64,000 bases of DNA from Ophelia neglecta. Taxonomy: Eukaryota. The DNA is taken from positions 70,246,001-70,310,000 of the forward strand of contig OZ260662.1 of assembly GCA_965285935.1 (NCBI GenBank), written 5' to 3'. Shown one piece after another: positions 1 through 12,000 of the stretch. Numbering within the stretch: position 1 is the stretch's first letter; each line of letters begins with the position of its first letter. The notes under the pieces are model-generated. The model saw only the letters and a program-made list of their open reading frames with translations, did no database searches and was not told the origin of the DNA. The position numbers and the translations under genes are program-made.

Positions 1-472
1 GGGAAGAACTGGTTTAACGAATGAAAGGACACCATCTCATATTTCTTTTACAAGATTTCATTGGCTGCAATCGTTTTGCATAAAGTAAGAAATCATGTAC
101 GAAATGCCTCTGAACTGTTTATCTATTTTTCTTTTCGCAACGTTCCTTTGTTCCTCTAGAAATTAAGCAGTGTTATATTTTTGTTTAACAAACATAAATT
201 CAAGTTAATTCATTGTGAAATACAAAGGTAGAAATATTCTAAACTACTTGCTCTAATGGAATCCCTTCACTCGAATGGGCGTATTTTGAATAGGGTAAAG
301 GGTTACGGCAGTAGTTCCTGTGGATTGTTTATACATTCATTGATTTTGAACACTTCTGTGCCCGAGTTCGGGAGATTGTCACGTTTAATTTGTAGTATAA
401 CATGTTAGAAAACAACATTTGATTTGCGTTTAAATACAGGAAAAATCGCCCAATTCCCGAAACTTGCAGAAA

Positions 473-3400
473 ATGTGTGGGCGAACTGCATGGTAAACCA
501 GTCTTTAGATATCCATACTTCCCAGCTTCCCCTTTGAGCATGGTAAATGCATGCTTCTGACGTATCCTTCCATCTTCATCGTCGCCGACCTCGGTATCTG
601 GCTGCAGGGGTGCTCTCGGCCCTGCCAAGAGTGCTGTACATGTATATATGTATGTAGCAGCTCCTTGTGCATCGAGGGCATTTGAATTGAAACTTTTAAC
701 GAGGCTATTAAAGCAATTCTTCTTGAAATGCCTAAAAAGAAATGTTTTTGAACACCAGATTTTTCCCTTTTAAAGTAAAAAAGGGGGGGATTGTCAAAAA
801 TAATTCTTGAAAAAGGATGTGTTTTTAAACTTTCGGGAATTATCCTGTGTGTCCCCGCTGTCATTAAGTTGGGGCCAAAATTGAGTCTCAAAATAGCAAA
901 GTAATCAATGAATGTCATTAAGTTAGTAATAATAAATGTTGTATTTCAGATGCCCTCATTTATTAACGAGGCCATACCTAAACACTATCTTGTATCTTTG
1001 AGCTAGCCAATGCGATTCTACCATGACCACCCAAATATGCTTAAAGTTTAACACACAAGTGCATGCCTCTTGAACCTTATTGTCCTTTTTCAAATTCTGA
1101 CATGCCTGACAATTTTCATCTATCACAAACGAAAGGATTTCACAATACGCCTGAGCAGTGGCTTGTGCTAGAAGTGTGTTTTAAGCAGTCAAGGTATAAG
1201 GTTAATAAACCGAAGAAGCCCTAAAACAGGCAGGAACATGTTAAAATGGGTTTGCTACACAAACAACTGTAAATAAAGCAGTATCATATAAATTTTTTTT
1301 TAAATATTCCAGTAAAATTAAAGATTGTGGGCTTTCAAAAGCCAAAAAGCATCAGCTCCTTGTCACTTGCTTTATATGCTACTAAGTGCACTTTTCTATA
1401 TATTGTATTGCTTCTCTGTGACTAAATGTACCAGTGTAATTATCCTAGCTCCTGCATGCTGTGCCATGTAAATTGTTCACTTTGTTTCTCCCTGCACACA
1501 TCACAATACCCATTTTATTTGGCAATGCTTGCTTTCACTTCATTGGCTTACATCACTCAATCTTTGCAATGCACACTCTTCATTTTATGGAGCATGCACT
1601 TTGATTCTTTCTAGATCTTGTTCCATTGTTTCTATATCATGAGATGCATTGAAAATGATTTTACTGTTTTCAGTACCCTGTCCCCTGACGATCTCCGCCA
1701 TGCATGTACTCATACCAACAAAGAAGGGAAGAAGACACAGCCACAGTGGAGGGATGCACCAGGAGGACAAAAATACTATACTTCATATAATATAGCCCCT
1801 GGATCACATACGTAAGTGCAGCTATAGAATGAAGGTAACTGGTACCTCATGAAGGTAGTCAGTTGGAAATGGTGCATATACTCAAGGAATAGTCTGTAGG
1901 ATAATGTAGCAAAAGAGTTCAATAAATTATTATACATAGATATTGCAAACTGTACTTTAAATAAATTAAAAGTTTATAGCAATGAAACGAAGATCACTAT
2001 TTGTGATTTCATATACATTTGTTGTTAAAATGAACTAGTGAAGAACACAGATGCACATCTTTCTTGTTTGATGATCAGGGACAGCACCCTATAAGATGTG
2101 CATTACACACTTTATGCCATCAGATTGCTTTGTTATAAAGTGTTTTCAAACTCATAATGACCCTCACTGAATGATAACTTATTGTCAAATTGTATGCAAA
2201 AGAACTGTACATACACATTAAAATAATATGGCATGATTAAAAAAGGCATGTTGGTACACCTTTTACAAGCATTTATCCCAACATTGACCTTACTGAGTTG
2301 CCCTGCTTGTTTATGCATTGGGTACTGGCATGTGCTGGTATGTCCACAAACATAGTATATATTATAAGCTTTATTTTGATAGTACATACAAAGATATGTT
2401 TTAACTTATATACTTTTCTGCAATTTTAAGACCAGTTCTTGTATCCAAAGACCAGTTGTCCACAAAGAAAGGTCCCCAAGGGACCTGTGAAGAGAAATCA
2501 TCTACTGAGTCTTCATGGGTCATACAGCCCATGCACTGGGGCCTGGTACCTCATTGGCACTCTGGGGACCCTAAGTCTGTGGCTTACAACATGAGCAATG
2601 CACGCAGTGATGGAATGCTGGAAAAAAAATCCTTCAAAACTCCACTTGAGAGAGGTCAAAGATGTGTTATTTTATGTGAAGGGTAAGTTAATGTATAAAG
2701 GCAAAATATAATCTTGTAATAGCAAATTTCTCTCTCTTTATCAATTATTAAGGATACAGCTTTCACTTATTAAACTATTGAAGGCCTAGGATTCAGGCTA
2801 ATAAATGTAGGCATTACAATTTTGGGACTATATGGTGATCTAGACTTGAAAACTATTATCAGCTAAAGTGTGTTAAGATATTGTGCAAGTTCTGAACAGC
2901 ATATGTTTTTTTTGTTGTATTTTTTTTTCCAGTTTTTTCATGCATGCATATCATTGGTCAGACTCCAACACCCCCCAGTATTATTTTGCAACCTTCAAAT
3001 ATTGAATCGCCAAATATAAAAATGTAGCAGGCAGACTGTAGAGCGTGACTTGCAGATCATGCTTATTGTGTTGAATTTATCTTTTCTATCAGGTACTTTG
3101 AATGGCAAACAGGAAAGGATGGTTCAAAACAACCTTATTATATTCGCTTTCCCCAAAAGAAGTCAATGGAGAAATCTGAAATACAAGCAGAGGAGACAGC
3201 AGCTACAACCCCAGGTGAAAACTACAATCACTGTGGTCTACAGGATACTTGTAGTTGTAAATTAACTACAGTGACAGCTGTGAATTTAGACCACCTGAAG
3301 GACTTGACAATCCTGGTCTGATTATGGAGGTGGTCTGTTTAGATGGGTCCTCTTATTTAAATTGTATAGTGTGGTCTTCAGATAACTGGTCTGAATTGAC

Positions 3401-5968
3401 AGGTGGTCAGAATATTAATATGGTATTTAAGGCAGGTTTTTATACTGTATGCTGTAATTACCATTGCTGTTTCTTGTCATGTATTCGCATTTTATCTGAT
3501 GCAACCAGTGCATTAAATTAATTTAAATCAGAGGGTTAAATTTTAACAGACTGCTTGTACTTTTACCTAGTAGATGACCAGGAAAGCTCTGATCAGAAGG
3601 TTTTGACAATGGCTGGCTTGTATGATATTTGGCAACCAAAGGATGTAAGTTTCTGGTTTTTCAGCACCCTATTTCCGAAAAAAGTATGGGGATTTGTATT
3701 GGGCCATGTCCTCTCCTCTGCCACCATGCTACCTCCACCATGGTTTTGGCTATAGCTCTGAAACCCTTTGGCCCACAGCATCTATTTTCAACAGGTATGG
3801 TATGTAGGCATCGGAATTGTTTTGTGATAGGTGGCCCCACCCTAGTGCCTATACTTATCCATTTTAGAGCAATATGGTGACAAAAGCTCATTTACAAGTT
3901 GCTCAAAAAGTATTAGAGTAGGCTGAATTGTACTAGGAGGATGCGCTATAGGCTTTTTACTTTAACTGATCAACTTTTGAAATCTGAATATAAATAGTTA
4001 TAAAAAGTCATATTTTTTGCTTTTCTCAATTCTTGCCATTTCATGCAATTTCAAGTGTTTTTTTTTTGGGGGGGAGGGCGGGTCTCAAACTTTTTTTTGG
4101 CAAAATGTACAAAAGTTTTATTTTTCATCCCATTTCATGTGATATCCATTGTTTGGAGGGAAGAAAAATATTGGGGGGGGGGGGATGTCTGTATCTGGGA
4201 CCCATTTTTGTTTTGACTATGCCAGGAGTGATTTTGCAACAGACCAGTTAATTATCCCTTTCAAATGGTGGGGGGCTTGCATTTCTAAACGCTTTGTTGC
4301 TTGTTAACCTGTCAGATATCATTCATTTGAATAGTTCATTAAAATGTCTTTTACATATACATGTATATGGCAACAAGTGATATGTGTATTTATAAATTGT
4401 ATCCAGGGTGGTGCTCCTTTATACAGCTACTCTATCATCACCGTTGATGCCCACAAGAAAATATCTTGGCTTCACCATAGAATGCCAGTAAGTATTGTGC
4501 TTTGTCTTAACTTTCTGTGATACATTTCCATTAAAATTGTTTAATCTAATTATGTATATGTAAAATTGATATGGATTATTCTTCACATACTGGTGAACAA
4601 AACTATGACATTTCATTGTCTAGTAACACTAAAAATAGCACATAGATAGAAAATGTGCAGATTCTTAAGTCAGACATTTTGAAAAAATTAATACTTAATA
4701 ATTTGTCGTCTAGTCTATGTAGTATTATTATAAGATATTAAACAACAACAAAAAACTCTTCTTAAATATAATAACCCTTTAGACACAGGGATGTCATGCA
4801 ACCAGTAATGATAATTTGAATTTTGGACAGTGTAGATTTTTTTCAGGCGATTCTAAATGGGGAAAAGGAAGTCAATGAATGGCTAGACTCTGGAACTGTG
4901 CCATTGTCAAAGGTAACTGAACTACATGATACTAGCATTGTGTTTATCAACCAGAATTGCTCACAAGCTTTTGCCATACCCCCAATTTTCAATGACAAAA
5001 GAAATATAAGGGCATTAAAACCACATTCTTGGAATTTGTAATGACCCTATCCTTTTTCCCAATATTGGGAGCATGTGAGAAACTGTAGGCTGTAATTCTA
5101 ATGGTGCCCATGAGTTTGAACATTGGTCTGCCCCTTGTAAGTCAAATGAAAAACAATACTTGTGTCCTTTATTTCAGCAAGTAGAGCAAAGATTATGTAC
5201 TTGAATAAATTTCAAGCATAATTTTACACGCAACACACAACATGGCATGGTTCTACAAATATTAATTTTTTCAGGCAGTAAAGCTGATTAGGTCACGTGA
5301 CTGTATACAGCAGCACCCAGTGTCCACTGTGGTCAATTCTTCCAGGAACAAAACCCCAGACTGCATTAAACCTATTGACTTAGAGTAAGTACAGTGCATG
5401 TATATGTAATGAACCTATACTGCTAATAAATTTGACCGTGACTATATTTTTAAAGGAAAAGGTTAATTTATCCATATCCTATTTATCCCAAGTGCTCTCA
5501 TGATCTAATGATTTACAGTGTGTGTACATGAAGCCTAGCTTAGAGCTTGTTTGAATGTTGCCACAACTCCAAGGTGCCTGCAAGCCAGGTTTGCTGCTGC
5601 CTCACTCTGTCTAGGTTCAACTAATTTCATGAAAGATATTTTATTCTTGTTGCATCTGCATGTTATGAAATGGAAATTTACTTCCCTCAAACTAGTCTAA
5701 AACCATATTTAAACTGTATGATTTGCAACAGTCTCAACTGATATTCTTAGTGATATACTCAGGGGTCCAAGCCAGGCTAACATAACTTTGAAGTTTAACC
5801 ATTACCATGCAAACTTATTACTAAAACAGGTTTTTTTCATGCAGGAAACAAAAGAGGAAAGCGCAAGCCAGTAGTAATCTGATGAAAGCTTGGCTTAGTA
5901 AGGGGACAAAGAGGCCATCAGATAAGGAGGAGAAAGACACCCCGAACAAAAAACCCAAGCACACATAG
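473..5968 (+). CDS. HMCES: Abasic-site processing protein HMCES (SRAP domain), 9 coding exons, ~328 aa
   Basis: Exons read with GT-AG boundaries and matching phases: 473-492, 1674-1811, 2431-2682, 3093-3214, 3571(or 3574)-3644, 4407-4487, 4847-4912, 5275-5384, 5845-5968 (987 nt, TAG). Translation has the SRAP hallmarks: MCGRTAC (catalytic Cys2), SYNIAPGSHTPV, MHWGLVPHW, NARSD, RCVILCEGYFEW, KQPYYI, MAGLYDIW, YSYSIITVDA, WLHHRMPAIL, HPVSTVVNSSRN and C-terminal LMKAWL. Confidence 0.96.
3269..3447. mobile_element. Degenerate Tc1/mariner-type MITE in HMCES intron
   Basis: TA-CAGT...ACTG-TA termini with internal repeated GGTGGTC/GGTCTG motifs; a related partial copy is at ~37248-37420. Confidence 0.5.
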
Positions 5969-6549
5969 TCATTGATACTTCATTTACATGAAGAAACTAA
6001 GACATGTGTACATAAACAATTGTGGAATAATTGTAAGTGGGTGGTTAGGAGGCCAATTTTATCATTTTTGGCACTATAATTGCATGCCCTTGAGCTAAGT
6101 TATAATTTAAGTTTCTGAAAAGGGGTATTTTTTCTACTGGCCAGACCTTAATTAAACTACCACAGGAGAAAAATAGCCCAGTGGAATATGCTTTTATATA
6201 ATGTATGAATCAGTTGTAGATCATAAGAAGTGTCAGTTGTTTATGTGTATGTGATATTTTGTTGATTGTGTATAATCTGGTGTAAACACTAACTTGAATT
6301 GTGTTATCTTTCAATCTGCCAAGAGAGATTATTAACCAAAGTGTGTTCATTGAAAATTATCAAATCAAATATGATTAGATATTGTATTATCTATAATTGT
6401 ACACAAGCTGAACCATTAATATAGGGGAAGAGCTGATTTAATTTAAATTAACTTACATTCAGTTTAAGTTAAATTTATTAATTAGCAGTGTTATGAGTTT
6501 TCTTTTGAGATACAGCACTTACTACACTAAATGATGGTCTGTATTGTAA

Positions 6550-6555
6550 AATAAA
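6550..6555 (+). terminator. Candidate HMCES polyadenylation signal
   Basis: AATAAA ~580 nt after the HMCES stop, followed by T-rich sequence. Confidence 0.35.
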
Positions 6556-9008
6556 ATCATTTCATTTTTCATTTAATCAGTATAATCAATGTTGATAATT
6601 GCACATTGTATTGCTTATTAAAATATCAACTACAAAAGTAGTCTCTCCAAGTTTAGTACAGTTATAACAACACTAGTGACTCATCAGTCACTATTAAAGG
6701 CAGGAGAGAAAAAAACATCCTCCCTCACGGCTGCACTCTCTCTTCTCTTCTTCCCACCTGGTCTCCTCCCCATCTTCTACTCTGGCCCCTCCTTCTTCCT
6801 TCTACCCCTTCCCATCCATCCCCTCACCTCTCCAAGAATGTGTCTCAAACTCATCAGAGAATTATGATGTCATGGTGACATCCTCTGCATTTACTGGACA
6901 TTGAACACTCCAGTATAAGACGGAAGTTGTAGAACATATTTTCCCTCCACACAACAGGTATTTGTTCCTTTGGCCCAAGCATGTTGGGAAACAGTTTTTA
7001 TAATGTCTGAGAACCAGTAAATACCTTATGCACCCACTTGCCAGAAGTATTGCAATGAAGGCTGCCATGAAACCGTATGTAATAATATGGCAACTTATTT
7101 CACTGTTTAGATATATGTTTGTGTCCTAGCTACCCCCCCCCCCCCCCCCCCCCCGTCATGCAAACGTTAAGAAGTACATGTTGCGTCGGGAGTCAAACAG
7201 ATATCAAGGTTTATATAATCAAACATTTGGCTTTTGGATTTGTCAAAGTACTTTGTTGTGTACTTGTGGTAAATTTTGATTTCAAGTGTTTGGATTTGCC
7301 AAACAAACGGGTAAAAAAGGCAAATAAGTACATATGCAATAAAAATATTGCTAAAAATTTGCACCTCATTGTGTCTATTATTCTCTTCAAAGATTGGTGA
7401 ATATCACTTTCTGTTAATGTTCTGGTTAAGTATTAAGTATTTTGTTGCCTAACTCCATCTCACTTTGTCATAAAGGTGTATTTTGCAGACTGTGGTAGTC
7501 AGAATCCAAGCAAATGTAGCTCCTTAATTGTTAAACAAGAGATTGTAAAAAAAAAATTGTTTGCTATTTTTTTTCTAAATTTATGCTTGTCCCTGGTCTA
7601 ATATAATCCCAAAAAGCGGCTATTAAATTGTCATTAGGTACGGGATAGTTGATCACTCTTTCCATTAAACATGCATGTACCTCAACAGTTTTGTCTGTGA
7701 AGTTAATTCTAAATTTATGGAATCCACATAATTCAATGAATCCATTCAATAATACCCGACAATTTCCCCTTGTCATACTAGTTTCGTGTGGTGGGATCTT
7801 TTAAGTTGCCATGCCTGCTACAAAGCGGCCGTTGAAGCACCTTTCAATGTGGACGGGTCACATATTGTATACATACACCACTGCGCAGGTATACCGGAAT
7901 TTAAGCATCCATATTGGTCAAGCATTTAAAATCTGGATTGATCAGCCTTTAATAGGTAGTAATTTTATCCACCCTGGTGGATCATAATTCTTCAAGGCCG
8001 CATTATTGAATTGAAAGCAAACTCAGGACGTTTAACTGGAAGACAATGGAATAAAAGGGGTCGGATTTACTCCAAGGATCACACCAGGGAAATATCAAAC
8101 TGTAACGGAAGAATTGCTCCATGCGGATCAGAAATATGTCTGTAAGCGGTGGTAAGTTCTTTTAATTTACCTACTCCATGCCAATGCATACAATGTCGTG
8201 TTGTGTACATGTTCATTCGAATCATTTCTACTGTAACAAGGGGAACCAATTCCTCGCAGCTTGGAGTCAGGTAGGCCTTGATCATTAGGCCTATGGTAGA
8301 ATATAAAGAGTGCGTCAAAAGCCTCCTCACCATTACATAAGAACCACCATTTTACCCACCGGCGAAATCTACCTAAATCATTTTCCACTTCAAATCATCA
8401 TCGGCCAGGTTGTACCGGTTGAATTATTCTCCTATGTTTTCGGCCTTATTTTTTAGTGCCTCAACTGAAAATGGCCACCATAATATAATCAACATTCGGG
8501 GGGAAATTTCAAATAAACAAGGGAATTCGCGCCTTATTGTGAGATCGTTTAAATTAATGATCGGCCAAATCAGTCAGGTCGCATTAAAATCCGCCAAATT
8601 CGTTGATAACAACAGGATTGCGTATACATATTTGAAATTGTGATTTTACGTTTTACGTATCCCATCCATTTGGGATAAAGTTATTTCAGTCTAAGCTAAG
8701 GTGCTATTCGTGTATGATTTCGCTAATATACATGTATTTGTAATCCAGAGCGTCAAGAGTTAACTGCTCGTATGGCCATGATTGTTCCACATCATTGCTG
8801 ATCAGGTATCTTTGTGCAGAGCGTGTACACAGCCTCAAGTTGTTCTCAGCATGACAGTTGCATATAAGCAGTACTCATTAAAGTAGAGTTGTTTGCTTGC
8901 CACTTCAAAGACAATGACTTCTAGAATGGAAACCTAGCTTTATAGTAACGGTTCATTTGTAACAAAGTGGATACTAAGTGGCCCGTCGAGGCATTGACTT
9001 TCTCTAAG

Positions 9009-12000
9009 GAAAGTGCCGAGAGCCAGCAGTGTTTGTAGGCCTACTCGCGATATTTGCTGCGCGTAGCTCGAGCTTTAGATCCAATGGTAACAATCTCTAA
9101 GCAAAGGGTTTTTTTTACCAAATCTCGCAAATCAAGCTTTACTCCTGGCAAGGGTCTGTTTTTCACACTAAATAGCTGATTTTCAGAATAAAAATGTAAG
9201 TAGAAGATTTCAGTATGAAAATGCAAGTAGAAGAACAGTGTAATCTCCTTGATATGTATATAGTGTTGCTATAGGAAAGGCAGTCCTCTCCTGGTATGTT
9301 TTCATACTAAGGATGTTTTTGTCACATTTCCCTAACTAATGGTATCCCTTTTTCGCTAGCCAGTGATATGGGTACGAAACCTGCTGCTGCAAAATGTTGA
9401 AAAGTACCTGAAATTTTAATATAATCAACTGCTTTCTAGGCCAAAGGTGTTTTTGTTCTTGTTCCATGCTATATTTGAAATAAGGACTGCAAAGATGTCT
9501 GTTTGTTTTATGTTGTTTCAATTCATATCAAAATATTTGAAATTATTGACTTAAGTGACAAATTTTATATTGTTTAATCATACAAGGTCTTTAAATGTCT
9601 ACATAATTTTTAATTATCTTTTTAATTTTTTTCATTTGTTTTTAAAATTTAATAATATCAGCCTGTATATATGTTTTACCACTTGATTATAATCTTGGAA
9701 TATTAACTAGGTCTACCTTTCTTTTGCAGGTCAAAAGTATTGGGCTGCTGTCGCAGTTTTGCAGGAAAGTATTATGATTTAACTTTGTTGTCTTTGGTCT
9801 TTTCGTTGCGCGTTATTTATATTAATTTGATGATAAGAGCCATATTTAAGGGCAATATTGTCCCGAGTCTATTCTATAGTTTAAAATTTGCTCCGCATAT
9901 TACTATGATTTATGAATTTAATTTTACCAGCTGATATTCATGTTATATGTGTTTTTGGTTTTTCATCATAGCTTTCAAATAAACTATCAATTCTTTTATT
10001 GGTATAAATTCCTCACATTGATATCATCATTATGAGCTTTGAACTATTCAGTTTAACAATTACCATATTTATTATCATTTATGCTTGTTTAATTGTTGTA
10101 AAGCTCATCGGGAGGAAGTTTTAAACTATTGAATACAGTGGGGCAAATATCAAAAAAACCTTTGCTTAAATATATTATTAAAATAAATAATACGTAATGA
10201 AGAGACCAAAGACAACAAAGTGATATTTTTCCACCATTGCCATATTAAAAGCTGGTGTCTTGTCATTTATTTGAATAATTTCTTGATATTGATATCATCA
10301 TTTTAACCTTTAAATGATTCAGATTAGCAATTTTTGTATTATTCTATCATTTCTGCTTGATTATTCGTATATAACCTTCTATACTATAAATATAATGTGT
10401 TACTTTGATATTACCAGCTGATTTCCATGTTATATCTGTGCTAGGTTTGTTTTATCATTGGTTTCAAAAAAGATAGTATTTATTGTCCAATTGATTAACA
10501 TTTTATATTGAATTATCTATTAAGTATAATATTGAATACTATTTAATGTTAATAAGGATTTGAACATTCATATATTTTTTTACAATTATTAGATGGTTCA
10601 AATATTTTCAAAGGGTCTAGCATTTCATGTGCATTTAATTGTAACAATTAAGACTAGGAAAATCCACCTTACTTTTGTGGTGTCCAAGGTGATTTCGCCA
10701 CCCTTTGATTGCAGGCAAGTATTTCGCTTTTGATTTCATTGTCATTAGTATTTTTTTTTAAACTTAGTTCTTAGTTTAAGCTCATATTTTTTCGTAGTTT
10801 TATTTAATTTTAGCTTCTTGAACTATTTAATTATCTTAAAGTACCTCACATTTTTATTATAATTAGGGTTCGAATAAAACCAGCTGATTTCTAGTTCTTA
10901 GGGGTTCTTAGTTCTTGTTCCATGTTATCTTTGAAATAAGAACTGTAAAGATGTCTGTTTGTTTTAATTTGTTTAAATTCATATCAAAATATTTGAAATT
11001 ATTGACATAAATAACCATTTTTATAATGTTTGTCATACCAGTTATCTTAATATCTACATTGTTTTTGTTGGCGATTCTATTTTGTATTTCCTTTTAAAAT
11101 TTACTTACATCGGCTTGTTTATTTGTTTTACCACCTAATGTGCCTTGATTGTAATCATGGAATATTAACAATGTCTACCTCTCTTTTGCAGGTCAAAAGT
11201 CTTGGGCTGCTGTCGGAGTTTAGCTGGAAAGTATCATGATTTTACTTTGTTGTCTTTGGTTTTTTGGTTGCGAATTTTTTATTTTAATTTGATAAATATA
11301 GCCTTTTCTTAGAGCAATATTGTGCCCAGTCTATTCTATAGTTTAAAGTTTTCTCCGCTTATTTCTGTGATTTATGACGTTAATTTCACCAGCTGATATG
11401 CATGTTATATATGTTTTATGTTTTTTCCATCATAGCTTTCAAATAAACTATCAATTCTTTTATTGGTATAAATTCTTCACATTAATATCATCATTATAAG
11501 CTTTGAACTATTCAGTTTAACAATTACCATATTTATTATCATTTATGCTTGTTTAATTGTTTTAAAGCTCATCGGGAGGAAGTTTTAAACTATTGAATAC
11601 AGTGGGGCAAATATCAAAAAAACCTTTGCTTAAATATATTATTAAAATAAATAATACGTAATGAAGAGACCAAAGACAAAAAAGTGATATTTTTCCACCA
11701 TTGCCATATTACAAGCTGGTGTCTTGTCATTTATTTGAATAATTTCTTGATATTGATATCATCATTTTAACCTATAAATGATTCAGTTTAGCAATTTTTG
11801 TATTATTCTATCATTTCTGCTTGATTATTCGTATATAACCTTCTATACTATAAATATAATGTGTTACTTTGATATTACCAGCTGATTTCCATGTTATATC
11901 TGTGTTAGGTTTGTTTTATCATTGGTTTCAAAAAAGATAGTATTTATTGTCCAATTGATTAACATTTTATATTGAATTATCTATTAAGTATAATATTGTA

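Noticed and set aside
329-918. Minus-strand ORFs of 99 and 137 aa
   Set aside because: Antisense to HMCES exon 1/intron 1 with no recognisable domain.
6676-7154. Pyrimidine-rich tract, short ORFs and a long poly-C run
   Set aside because: Low complexity; no supportable exon chain or homology.
11253-11275. TCTTTGGT start resembling the miR-9 seed in every unit
   Set aside because: Match is limited to ~9 nt and the pairing arm is ~400 nt away, not a canonical pre-miRNA.
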